Below are positions 29,526 to 39,106 of a stretch of DNA of 64,000 bases, one piece after another. The position numbers and the translations under genes were made by a program. The stretch comes from Reclinomonas americana ATCC 50394 (Eukaryota). Position 1 is the stretch's first letter. The number at the start of each line of letters is the position of its first letter. A model generated the notes under the pieces. It was not told the DNA's origin and ran no database searches. It was given only the letters and a program-made list of their open reading frames with translations. The stretch spans positions 372,001 to 436,000 of the forward strand of contig PS015009.1 in the NCBI GenBank assembly GCA_048213135.1, read 5' to 3'.

Positions 29526-31310
29526 ATGAATAAATTTTACCCTGCCATTTTTCTTATTGCCACAGTTGTTTTCCTTTCCCTGTTTGTTCCGGGTTGCCGG
29601 AAAAACGATAGCGGAAGTGACGGCATCAGCCCCGCTCCTCCTGACTTATCCACCAAAATCAATTCTTCCGTAAGCGGGTTTGTTACCGATGAGAACGACG
29701 CGGCCGTAAGCGGGGCAACAGTAACCATAGGAAACACCACCCTGCTCACAGACAAGTATGGTTATTTTGAAGTGAATAATGTACAGGTAGTGAAAGAGGC
29801 CGCCACGGTAGCTGTTACCAGGAACGGTTATTTCAAAGCTGTTAAAACCTATATTGCCCGGGAAGGTAAAAAAACTTTCTTCAGGATAAAACTGATTCCT
29901 AAGACCATTGCCGGATCATTTGCATCAGGTACAGGTGGTGCCGTTACGCTGTCAAACGGTTTACGCGTAAGCCTCCCGGCAAACGCGGTTGTGAACCAGG
30001 CCACAAATGCAGCCTATTCCGGCACGGTGAATGTGGCGGCTTACTGGCTCGATCCCACCGCCAGCGATCTTGCCGCTATCATGCCCGGCGACCTGCGTGG
30101 CACCAATACCGATGGTAATGTTCAGGTACTCACTACCTATGGCATGGTGGCTGTTCAGCTGACGGGTGCAGGCGGAGAAGCATTACAGGTAGCTGCCGGG
30201 AAAAAAGCTACCTTATCAATGCCTATACCTTCCTCGATCATATCGAATGCGCCGGCCAGTATCCCGCTGTGGTATTTTGATGAAACGAATGGTTTATGGA
30301 AAGAAGAAGGAACAGCAACAAAAACGGGTAACAGCTATGTAGGTGATGTCAGCCATTTTTCTTTCTGGAACTGCGATGTGCCGGCGAATCTCGTACAGTT
30401 TGACTGTACCGTGGTTACTGCCAATGGCCAGCCCGTGCCCAACGCATTTGTGAAGATACATGTGCAGAACAATCCCGCCAGCACAGGTTATGGATATACG
30501 AACGCTTCCGGCTATGTGAACGGCGCCGTACCTGCCAATGCCCAGCTGGTGCTGGAAATATACGGCAACGCCGCTTGCGCAACACCCGCCTATTCCCAAA
30601 CCTTTACCACCGGTACTGCGAATATATCGCTGGGTAATATTGTTATTTCAACCGCCACCTCGCTGGCCACGATTTCAGGAAAAGTGCTGGACTGCGGCAA
30701 CAACCCGGTAAGCAACGGTTATATTGTAATGCGGAGTAACAACAGTTACACCCGTACGGCACTGAGCAGTACCGGTACATATAACCTGAATATATTGTTG
30801 TGCGGAAGTCCCGGCAGCAGCACGGTTACCCTCAGCGGTGAAGATGCCGCCAATAACCAGCAAAGTCTGCTTACCAATTATACCATCAATCCCGGCAACA
30901 ACAGCATCCCCGACATACAGGCCTGCGGAACCAGTCTTATCGAATTTTTTGATTATTCCATCAATGGCACCAGTTATCATTCAGGCCTTCCTGCCGATTC
31001 TGTTTTTCAAGTACTGCAGGTGAATGGCACTAACCTGATTATAGGCGCCAAAAAACCAATTTCCAATATAGTTGAAGCAGACGTTATGATGAATAATACC
31101 GGTATAACACTGGGGAGCACACAACCCGCTATAAACTTCCACACCGACAAATTGCCATTGGGTACTTTACTCACTTCATCAACCGGCGTTACCATCACGG
31201 AATATGGCAGTATCGGCGAATTCATGAGCGGCTACACATCCGGCACGCTGACATATAACGGAACCTCTTACAGTATGACCTGCTCCTTCAGGGTGCGGCG
31301 GAGGCTCTGA
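29526..31310 (+). CDS. Lipoprotein with carboxypeptidase-regulatory-like / beta-sandwich domains
   Basis: Lipobox VPGC, VSGFVTDE..AVSGATV, MPGDLRG, PLWYFDETNGLWKEEG, VSHFSFWNCD. Confidence 0.75.
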   Translation: MNKFYPAIFLIATVVFLSLFVPGCRKNDSGSDGISPAPPDLSTKINSSVSGFVTDENDAAVSGATVTIGNTTLLTDKYGYFEVNNVQVVKEAATVAVTRNGYFKAVKTYIAREGKKTFFRIKLIPKTIAGSFASGTGGAVTLSNGLRVSLPANAVVNQATNAAYSGTVNVAAYWLDPTASDLAAIMPGDLRGTNTDGNVQVLTTYGMVAVQLTGAGGEALQVAAGKKATLSMPIPSSIISNAPASIPLWYFDETNGLWKEEGTATKTGNSYVGDVSHFSFWNCDVPANLVQFDCTVVTANGQPVPNAFVKIHVQNNPASTGYGYTNASGYVNGAVPANAQLVLEIYGNAACATPAYSQTFTTGTANISLGNIVISTATSLATISGKVLDCGNNPVSNGYIVMRSNNSYTRTALSSTGTYNLNILLCGSPGSSTVTLSGEDAANNQQSLLTNYTINPGNNSIPDIQACGTSLIEFFDYSINGTSYHSGLPADSVFQVLQVNGTNLIIGAKKPISNIVEADVMMNNTGITLGSTQPAINFHTDKLPLGTLLTSSTGVTITEYGSIGEFMSGYTSGTLTYNGTSYSMTCSFRVRRRL

Positions 31311-31376
31311 TAAAAAAATAACCATACCGCCATTGTAAAAGCTGCAGGTTCGCCTTTCCATTTGAGGTTTTGCCCG

Positions 31377-31450
31377 TAATTTTGCCCCGCCTAACAGGGC
31401 GATACTGTACAAGAGTGCGACGCCGATGCGGCTGAATAATGGCCCGCGGC
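31377..31450 (+). ncRNA. Promoter (TAATTTTG) and structured icd leader, candidate icd-II RNA motif
   Basis: -7 element at 31377-31384. GGCG (31398-31401) can pair with CGCC (31421-31424), enclosing a GTAC-AAGA-GTGC hairpin. Lies directly 5' of icd. The assignment to icd-II is from recall of its gene and taxon association, not from a model search. Confidence 0.5.
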
Positions 31451-31472
31451 CCGGCTCAAAAAATATTACACC

Positions 31473-32783
31473 ATGGCAGAAAAGATCAGCATGGGTGCCG
31501 GCGGACAGCTGAATGTACCCAACCATCCCATCATCCCTTTCATTGAAGGCGACGGCATTGGCCCCGAGATATGGAAAGTGGCGTCCAAAGTTTTTGACAC
31601 CGCCGTGGAGAAAGCCTATGGCGGATCCCGTAAAATTGAATGGAAAGAGATACTGGCAGGTGAAAAAGCATTCAAACAAACCGGAGAATGGCTGCCAGCG
31701 GATACCCTGCAGGCGGCGAAGGATTACCTGGTGTCGATCAAAGGTCCGCTGACCACCCCTATCGGTGGCGGTATCCGTTCGCTGAACGTAGCCATGCGCC
31801 AGGATCTTGACCTGTTTGCCTGCGTTCGCCCCGTGAAATGGTTCAAAGGCGTTCCTTCACCCGTGGTACACCCGCAGGATGTGGATATGGTGATCTTCCG
31901 TGAGAATACTGAAGATATTTATGCCGGTATTGAGTGGAAAGCCGGTTCCCCCGAAGCTCAGAAATTTGAGAAATTCCTCATTGAAGAAATGGGTGTGAAA
32001 AGTATCCGCTTCCCCGGCGATTCCGGTTATGGTGTAAAACCCGTTTCCGGGCAGGGTACCAAAAGGCTGGTGCGTGCCGCCATCAGTTACGCGCTGGAAC
32101 ATAACCTGCCTTCCGTAACGCTGGTGCATAAAGGCAATATCATGAAATACACCGAAGGCGCCTTTAAAGCCTGGGGTTATGAAGTGGCCCGCCAGGAGTA
32201 TGGCGACAAAACCTTTACCTGGGACGAATGGGACCAGTTGAAGAAAGAACACGGCGAAGCCCATGCCAATGAAGTACAACGCAAGGCACTGAGTGAGGGC
32301 AAGCTGCTGGTGAAAGATATTATCGCCGATAACTTCCTGCAGCAGATACTGATTGCCCCGAAAGATTTTTCTGTAGTAGCTACCCTCAATCTTAATGGTG
32401 ACTATATCTCCGACGCCCTTGCGGCTGAAGTAGGCGGTATCGGTATCGCTCCGGGTGCCAATATCAACTACAAAACCGGTTATGCCGTATTTGAGGCCAC
32501 GCATGGTACAGCCCCAAAATTTGCAGGTACCGACAGCATGAACCCCTCCTCTGTAATCCTGAGCGGTTGTATGCTTTTGGAATATATCGGCTGGAAGGAA
32601 GCCGCTGAGCTGATCACCACTGCATTGCAGGCCACCATCATGCGCAAGACCGTAACCATCGACTTTTATAACCTGATGACCGGCGCCCAGCTGCTGAAGA
32701 CTAGCGAGTTCGGTAACGAGATCATTGTGAATATGGGTGTGGTGACGGGAGACGGGCAGTTAAAGAAGAGTTCGAGCCTTTAA
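31473..32783 (+). CDS. icd: Isocitrate dehydrogenase, E. coli Icd-type homodimeric family
   Basis: [69 protein letters not shown]. Confidence 0.95.
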   Translation: MAEKISMGAGGQLNVPNHPIIPFIEGDGIGPEIWKVASKVFDTAVEKAYGGSRKIEWKEILAGEKAFKQTGEWLPADTLQAAKDYLVSIKGPLTTPIGGGIRSLNVAMRQDLDLFACVRPVKWFKGVPSPVVHPQDVDMVIFRENTEDIYAGIEWKAGSPEAQKFEKFLIEEMGVKSIRFPGDSGYGVKPVSGQGTKRLVRAAISYALEHNLPSVTLVHKGNIMKYTEGAFKAWGYEVARQEYGDKTFTWDEWDQLKKEHGEAHANEVQRKALSEGKLLVKDIIADNFLQQILIAPKDFSVVATLNLNGDYISDALAAEVGGIGIAPGANINYKTGYAVFEATHGTAPKFAGTDSMNPSSVILSGCMLLEYIGWKEAAELITTALQATIMRKTVTIDFYNLMTGAQLLKTSEFGNEIIVNMGVVTGDGQLKKSSSL

Positions 32784-32838
32784 TTAGTAATTACTAATTA
32801 ATAATTACTAATTACTTTTGCCCTCTAAAATCAGATTC

Positions 32839-34071
32839 ATGAGCAAAATACAAGTAGCCAATCCCGTTGTGGAACTTGATGGCGATGAGATGACCCGCAT
32901 CATCTGGAAATTTATTAAAGACAAACTGATCCTCCCTTACCTGGAGGTTCCCATTCAATATTTTGACCTGGGTATGGAGCACCGCGATGCCACCAACGAC
33001 CAGGTGACCATTGATGCCGCCAACGCGATTAAAGCCTGCGGTGTGGGTATCAAATGTGCGACCATCACCCCCGATGAGGCCCGCGTAAAAGAATTCAACC
33101 TGAAACAAATGTGGAAGTCGCCCAACGGCACCATCCGCAACATCCTCGACGGTACCGTATTCCGCGAACCCATCGTGATGCAGAACGTACCCCGCCTGGT
33201 GACCAACTGGACAGCGCCTATCATCGTTGGCCGTCACGCTTTTGGCGACCAGTACCGCGCTACAGATACCGTGATCAAAGGAAAAGGCAAACTGACCATG
33301 ACCTTCACACCCGAAGGTGGTGGCGAACCACAGGTTTTTGAAGTGTTCAACTTTAAAGGCGACGGCGTGGCAATGACCATGTACAATACCGATGAAAGCA
33401 TTTACGGTTTTGCCCGCAGCTGTTTCAATATGGCGCTGAGCAAAAAATGGCCGCTGTACCTGTCTACCAAAAATACCATCCTCAAAAAATACGACGGACG
33501 TTTCAAAGATATTTTTGAAGAAGTATACCAGAACGAATTCAAAACACAGTTCGACGCAGCCGGTATCGTTTATGAGCACCGCCTGATCGATGATATGGTA
33601 GCCAGCGCGCTGAAATGGAACGGTAACTTTGTATGGGCCTGTAAGAACTACGACGGCGACGTACAGAGTGACACAGTTGCACAGGGCTTCGGTTCCCTGG
33701 GCCTGATGACCTCCGTACTGGTAACGCCCGATGGCACCACCATGGAAGCCGAAGCCGCCCACGGTACCGTAACACGCCACTACCGCGATCACCAGGCTGG
33801 CAAACCCACTTCTACCAACCCCATCGCTTCTATCTTCGCATGGACAAGGGGCCTGGCCTTCCGCGGCAAGCTGGACAACAACCAGCCACTGATCGACTTC
33901 TGCAACGCGCTGGAAGCCGTTTGTATCGAGACCGTAGAAAGCGGTAAAATGACCAAGGACCTCGCCGTTTGTATCCATGGCAACAAGGTGAACCACGGTG
34001 AACACTACCTGTACACCGAAGAGTTCCTCGATGCTATTGATACCAACCTGAAACAAAAAATGGGCCTGTAA
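32839..34071 (+). CDS. icd: NADP-dependent isocitrate dehydrogenase, eukaryotic-like (type II) family
   Basis: [62 protein letters not shown]. Confidence 0.96.
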   Translation: MSKIQVANPVVELDGDEMTRIIWKFIKDKLILPYLEVPIQYFDLGMEHRDATNDQVTIDAANAIKACGVGIKCATITPDEARVKEFNLKQMWKSPNGTIRNILDGTVFREPIVMQNVPRLVTNWTAPIIVGRHAFGDQYRATDTVIKGKGKLTMTFTPEGGGEPQVFEVFNFKGDGVAMTMYNTDESIYGFARSCFNMALSKKWPLYLSTKNTILKKYDGRFKDIFEEVYQNEFKTQFDAAGIVYEHRLIDDMVASALKWNGNFVWACKNYDGDVQSDTVAQGFGSLGLMTSVLVTPDGTTMEAEAAHGTVTRHYRDHQAGKPTSTNPIASIFAWTRGLAFRGKLDNNQPLIDFCNALEAVCIETVESGKMTKDLAVCIHGNKVNHGEHYLYTEEFLDAIDTNLKQKMGL

Positions 34072-34088
34072 TACCGGCCTGATCATAT

Positions 34089-34125
34089 GTAAAAAGCGTT
34101 TCCCTAAACAGGAAGCGCTTTTTAC
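34089..34125 (+). terminator. Intrinsic terminator after the second IDH gene
   Basis: AAAAAGCGTTTCC-loop-GGAAGCGCTTTTT. Confidence 0.75.
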
Positions 34126-34171
34126 TTTTTAATTTTGATTTTTGTTCCCATCTTTAACCCAAAAACCAAAT

Positions 34172-35047
34172 ATGAAAAGAATACTTTCCTTTTTTGCGAT
34201 GGTAGCGCTGCTGGCCGGTTTTGCTGCCTGTAATACCGGCGGGGCGGGCTCAGGTTCGGGCGAAGCCTATACCATTAAAATGCGGCTCAACAAAGGCGAC
34301 CAGTTCAACAACAACATTAAAATGAACACGGAGATAACAGCCGCCGTAATGACCATGAAAATGAACATGGCCTTCGATACCAAATTCGATGTACTGGAAT
34401 CCACCGATACCGGTAAAGTATTGCAGCTTACCTATACCAAGGCTGAAGCCCACATGGACATGGGTTCTATTGGTTCTATCGGGAATGCCGCTGACAGCAT
34501 CCTGCAGAATACGTATAAAAAAATGGTGGGCAAATCCATCCGCATGACACTCACTCCCGATTATAAGATCAGCTCCGTTTCGGGTTTCGACAGCCTGATA
34601 ACAAACGATATGGCCGATGAAATGAGCAGGCAAACCGTGGAGAAAATGTTCTCCAAAGACCAGCTCAACAACACGTTTGGCATGTACTTCAACCTATATC
34701 CGAGTAAACCCGTTAAAGTGGGTGATACCTGGGAATCGGAAACCAACATGAGCCTGGCCGATATCAATATGAAAGTGAAAATAAAATACAAGCTCGCCAG
34801 CGTAAAGAACGGCGTTGCCGATATTGACGTTGATGGCGTTATTGATGGCTCCGGCTCTATGAACAAAGGAGGCAACAGCGTAAACATGAACATGTCGGGC
34901 ACACAGAAAGGCACCATGTCGGTAAACCTCAGCGACGGCTACCTTATTAATGGCGGTTATAAAATGGATGTGAAAGCGGATATGGAAATGATGGGCCAGA
35001 AAATACCGATGACCATGAAAGCGGACTATACCGTATCCGGTAAATAG
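34172..35047 (+). CDS. Hypothetical Met-rich lipoprotein (DUF6263-like)
   Basis: Lipobox FAAC, YPSKPVKVGDTW motif, beta-strand rich. Confidence 0.7.
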   Translation: MKRILSFFAMVALLAGFAACNTGGAGSGSGEAYTIKMRLNKGDQFNNNIKMNTEITAAVMTMKMNMAFDTKFDVLESTDTGKVLQLTYTKAEAHMDMGSIGSIGNAADSILQNTYKKMVGKSIRMTLTPDYKISSVSGFDSLITNDMADEMSRQTVEKMFSKDQLNNTFGMYFNLYPSKPVKVGDTWESETNMSLADINMKVKIKYKLASVKNGVADIDVDGVIDGSGSMNKGGNSVNMNMSGTQKGTMSVNLSDGYLINGGYKMDVKADMEMMGQKIPMTMKADYTVSGK

Positions 35048-35125
35048 ACACTAACGCAATCGCATATACGTAATTGAAATAAGCGGTCAGCATTTGACAT
35101 TCACAGAAAAGTTGTATATTGGAAT

Positions 35126-36340
35126 ATGACGACAGCCATCCTGATAACACTGTGCAGTCTACTGCTGATCGCTTATATTTTTGACATCACTTCGTCAAAA
35201 ACACGCATACCGCCAGTCATCCTGTTACTGGCATTAGGTTATGTGGTCCGGCAATTGTGTAATGCCTTCAGCATACAAATACCTGACCTCACTTCCCTTC
35301 TTCCCTTACTCGGCACCATAGGGCTAATACTGATTGTGCTGGAGGGTTCACTGGAATTGGAACTCAACCGGTCCAAACTGGGCATTATCCGAAAGTCCTT
35401 TATAGTAGCCCTGCTGCCCATGCTCGCACTAGCTTTCGGCCTGGCTTGGCTTTTTCACTATTTTGGTAATATCTCATTCCGCGACGCATTGACCAACGCC
35501 GTGCCGCTGAGCGTTATCAGCAGTGCCATTGCCATACCCAGTGTAAAATATCTTTCGCAATACGACAGAGAGTTCATCATTTATGAAAGCAGCCTGTCAG
35601 ATATTTTTGGCGTGATCTTTTTCAACTGTGTGGCACTGACAGTCAATAATCAAACACACAGCCCGGCAGAATCGGTAATGCAGGTACTGATAATGATAGC
35701 GGTATCGTTTATGGCTACCATTATCCTCGCTTTTTTGCTCAGCCGGATCGACCACCACATTAAGTTCGCACCAATCATATTACTGACGTTGCTGATCTAT
35801 GCCGTTTCAAAAGTGTACCATTTACCCGGGCTTATTTTCATTCTTATATTCGGCATCTTCCTGGGTAACCTCGATGAGCTGAAACGTTTTAAATGGATAA
35901 GGAAACTGAACCCCGATGAACTCAACAAGGAAGTACACAAATTCAGGGAACTCATTACAGAAGCCACCTTCCTTATCCGATCCGTTTTCTTCTTACTTTT
36001 CGGCTACCTTATCGAAACCCGTGAGATACTGGATACGGAAAGCCTGGCATTGTCGGTATCCATTGTTACCGCCATTTTCCTTATAAGAATAATACAATTC
36101 AAATTATCGGGTGTGAAGTTATTTCCAAAGGTTTTTGTGGCGCCCCGCGGTCTCATCACCATATTACTTTTCCTTTCCATTGTTCCCGCTCAAAGTGTTG
36201 ATTTTATCAATCGCTCCCTGCTGGTACAGGTCATCCTGCTCACCGCGCTGGTGATGATGTTCGGGCTGATGCTGTCGAAGAAAGAAGAAACCCCTGTTGA
36301 GATCGAAGAACGGAAGATAAAAGCCGATCTGAAAATTTGA
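35126..36340 (+). CDS. Cation:proton antiporter family membrane protein
   Basis: Multiple TM helices, GLILIVLEGSLEL, IYESSLSDIFG, APRGLITILLF. Confidence 0.85.
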   Translation: MTTAILITLCSLLLIAYIFDITSSKTRIPPVILLLALGYVVRQLCNAFSIQIPDLTSLLPLLGTIGLILIVLEGSLELELNRSKLGIIRKSFIVALLPMLALAFGLAWLFHYFGNISFRDALTNAVPLSVISSAIAIPSVKYLSQYDREFIIYESSLSDIFGVIFFNCVALTVNNQTHSPAESVMQVLIMIAVSFMATIILAFLLSRIDHHIKFAPIILLTLLIYAVSKVYHLPGLIFILIFGIFLGNLDELKRFKWIRKLNPDELNKEVHKFRELITEATFLIRSVFFLLFGYLIETREILDTESLALSVSIVTAIFLIRIIQFKLSGVKLFPKVFVAPRGLITILLFLSIVPAQSVDFINRSLLVQVILLTALVMMFGLMLSKKEETPVEIEERKIKADLKI

Positions 36341-36380
36341 AGCCTGTAATGTAACAGGAACTCCAGGCAGTGAAACTCTT

Positions 36381-37568
36381 TCATTCCTTCATTCCTTCAT
36401 TTTTAATTTTACTCCTCGTTCCGCTGTAGAGCTCATATTCCAGTAAACGGCAATCAATCTTACTGGTAAAAAATTCGATACGGCGGCTTGGTTTCAGCCC
36501 TATTTTTTTGGCGAGTTCCAGGTTACCGGTGAAGATATAACCGGTGTAACCTTTGCATTGCTGTTTCATGAAATCACCCATACGTTTATAAGTAAGCTCC
36601 AGTTCTGCTTCCACGCCCAGGCGGTCGCCATACTCCGGGTTAAAGTACACAGCGCCTCCTCCTTCTTCCGGAACGTTGGTATCCGCGAAATCGCATACCT
36701 CAAAACTGATCATCTCTTCCACACCGGCGATACCGGCATTTACTTTCGACACGTGTACCGCATCATCGCTGATGTCGGTGGCTATGATGGTAAGCCCGGG
36801 GCATTCGCTTACCTGCTGCTCCAGTTTTGCATACTCTTTTTGATAAATAGCATCTTCATAACCTTCCAGGTGCATGAACGCGTAGTTAGACCTGTACAAC
36901 CCCGGCCTGCGGTTGGTGGCCAGCAGCGCAGCTTCAATAGCCACCGTACCCGAGCCGCACATGGGATTGATGAATGGCGAACGCCTGTCCCATTTGGAAG
37001 CCAGCAAAGTGGCCGCGGCCAGCGATTCCAGCATGGGTGCTTTACCGGGTATTTTACGGTAACCGTGTTTGGACAGGGTTTCGCCAGAAGTATCGATAAA
37101 AATTTCCGCATGGTCCTCCTGCCAGTACAGGTGAATGACGGTATTGGTGAGCAATGGACCTGAGTCGGGACGCTGCCCCGTTTTATCGCGGAAGCGGTCT
37201 ACAATGGCGTCCTTTACCCTTACATTAGCAAAAAGCTGGTTGTTGATGGTCTCGTTGTTCACATTGCTGGTGATGGAAAAGTAACCGTCGGCCGGTATAA
37301 TCTTTTCCCAGGCAAAACTTTTCAGTTCTTTATACAAAGCATCACCATTAACAGCCCGCCAGCTGCCTGCCGAGAATAATACCTGGCTGGCGCAACGCAG
37401 GTTAAGGTTCAGCCGGATACAATCCGCCATGGTACCGGTGATCTCCACCCCTGTTTTAAAAACACGGTCGGGCACAAAGCCCAGTTCCCTTACTTCCTTT
37501 TCCAGGTAAGGCGACAAACGGTTGCTGCAGGTGATAATGATGCGACGGCGGATGCTGAAAATTTGCAT
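36381..37568 (-). CDS. THUMP-domain class I SAM-dependent RNA methyltransferase (RlmL-like)
   Basis: DTSGETLSKHGYR, APMLESLAAA, NPMCGSGTVAIEAA, NPEYGDRL. Confidence 0.9.
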   Translation of the reverse strand: MQIFSIRRRIIITCSNRLSPYLEKEVRELGFVPDRVFKTGVEITGTMADCIRLNLNLRCASQVLFSAGSWRAVNGDALYKELKSFAWEKIIPADGYFSITSNVNNETINNQLFANVRVKDAIVDRFRDKTGQRPDSGPLLTNTVIHLYWQEDHAEIFIDTSGETLSKHGYRKIPGKAPMLESLAAATLLASKWDRRSPFINPMCGSGTVAIEAALLATNRRPGLYRSNYAFMHLEGYEDAIYQKEYAKLEQQVSECPGLTIIATDISDDAVHVSKVNAGIAGVEEMISFEVCDFADTNVPEEGGGAVYFNPEYGDRLGVEAELELTYKRMGDFMKQQCKGYTGYIFTGNLELAKKIGLKPSRRIEFFTSKIDCRLLEYELYSGTRSKIKNEGMKE

Positions 37569-37583
37569 GTTGCAAACTTAGTG

Positions 37584-37752
37584 TTTTCACAGAGGACAGC
37601 GGATTTTTTTGGGCATGCCCCGGTTTGAACTACACCCTCATTGTGGTCATGTTGAGGAAACGAAGCATCTATTAGTTTTTAAAGGAGAGCCCTCCTTCGT
37701 CGGGATGACCAAAGCCGTCAAACAGGTGTACTCCCGTGTAACTCTGTGAAAA
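37584..37752. repeat. Nested palindromic (REP/MITE-like) elements
   Basis: Outer pair TTTTCACAGAG (37584-37594) / CTCTGTGAAAA (37742-37752). Inner GGTCATGTTGAGGAAACGAAGCATCT ... AGAGCCCTCCTTCGTCGGGATGACC (37645-37710). Confidence 0.6.
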
Positions 37753-37781
37753 TCTAAAAACAAAACGGTTTATATTTGCGC

Positions 37782-38978
37782 ATGCTAACGATCAGCCAGC
37801 GCGGACAGCACATGCCCGCATCCCCCATCAGGAAACTGGTGCCTTATGCCGAAGCGGCCAAAAAGAAAGGCACCAAAGTCTATCACCTGAACATCGGCCA
37901 GCCCGATATTGAAACGCCGCAGCAATGCCTCGATGCCGTTCGCCATTCCGATTTCAAAGTACTGGAATACAGCCACAGCGCAGGTAACGAGAGCTACCGC
38001 CGCAAGCTGGTGGAATATTATAAAAAAGTGGGGATTAATGTTACGCATGAGCAGATCATTGTAACTACCGGCGGCAGCGAAGCCATCCTGTTTGGTTTTA
38101 TGGCCTGTATGGATGCCGGCGATGAAGTGATCATTCCCGAACCTTTCTATGCCAATTACAACGGGTTTGCCGTTGAGGCCGATGTGAACGTAGTGCCCAT
38201 CACCTCTTCCATTGAAACCGGTTTTGCACTGCCACCGATCAGCGAGTTTGAAAAAGTGATCACGCCCAAAACCAGGGCCATCGTCATCTGCAATCCCAAT
38301 AACCCCACCGGTTACCTGTACAGCGCGGAAGAAATGGAAACGCTGAAACAGATCGTGCTGAAACACAACCTCTATCTTTTTGCAGATGAAGCCTATCGTG
38401 AATTCTGTTATGGCGCACAACATACCAGTGCCATGCACCTTACCGGTGTAGATGATAACGTGGTGCTGATGGACACCATAAGTAAAAGGTACAGTGCCTG
38501 CGGCGGAAGGATCGGCGCCTTTGTTACGCGTAACCAGGAACTGCTCAACGCCACCATGAAATTTGCACAGGCCCGCTTAAGTCCGCCTTCCTTTGCGCAA
38601 ATACTCGGCGAAGCCGCGGTAGACCTGCCCGATAATTATTTCGATACCACCCGCAACGAATATCAGCTGCGCCGCGACACCATTGTAAGCAGGCTCAATG
38701 CCATACCCGGCGTTTTTTGCCCCAACCCCGGCGGCGCTTTTTATGCTATGGCCAAATTACCTATCGATGATTGCGACAGGTTCTGCCAATGGCTGCTGGA
38801 ATCTTTTTCCTACAACGGGCAAACGGTTATGCTGGCACCCGCTACCGGCTTCTACGGCACCGAAGGATTGGGTAAACAGGAAGTGCGCCTGGCTTATGTG
38901 CTGAACGTGGACGCTATCAATGCCGCCATGGATTGTTTGGAAAAGGCGTTGGAAGAATATCCGGGGAGGATAAATTAA
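37782..38978 (+). CDS. PLP-dependent class I/II aminotransferase (aspartate aminotransferase-like)
   Basis: LNIGQPD, TTGGSEA, CNPNNPTG, ADEAYREF, DTISKRYSACGGRIG. Confidence 0.93.
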   Translation: MLTISQRGQHMPASPIRKLVPYAEAAKKKGTKVYHLNIGQPDIETPQQCLDAVRHSDFKVLEYSHSAGNESYRRKLVEYYKKVGINVTHEQIIVTTGGSEAILFGFMACMDAGDEVIIPEPFYANYNGFAVEADVNVVPITSSIETGFALPPISEFEKVITPKTRAIVICNPNNPTGYLYSAEEMETLKQIVLKHNLYLFADEAYREFCYGAQHTSAMHLTGVDDNVVLMDTISKRYSACGGRIGAFVTRNQELLNATMKFAQARLSPPSFAQILGEAAVDLPDNYFDTTRNEYQLRRDTIVSRLNAIPGVFCPNPGGAFYAMAKLPIDDCDRFCQWLLESFSYNGQTVMLAPATGFYGTEGLGKQEVRLAYVLNVDAINAAMDCLEKALEEYPGRIN

Positions 38979-39061
38979 AAAGTAAAAATTCAAAAATCAA
39001 AAAAAGGGGACGCTGTTTAAGGGGTTCCCTTTTTTAATTTTCACTTTTGAATTTTGAATTT
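38973..39061. repeat. A-rich/T-rich heptamer arms flanking a terminator hairpin
   Basis: AATTAAA AAGTAAA AATTCAA AAATCAA, then hairpin AAGGGGAC..GTTCCCTT, then TTTTAATT TTCACTT TTGAATT TTGAATT. Confidence 0.75.
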
Positions 39062-39106
39062 ATAATTATTACTTTTAATCCGTTATTAACCCAAAACAAA
39101 TCTGCA

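Noticed and set aside
39000-39106. Possible riboswitch (cobalamin, TPP) upstream of the TonB-dependent receptor
   Set aside because: The region is short and is explained by a terminator hairpin and heptamer arms. I saw no conserved aptamer motifs.
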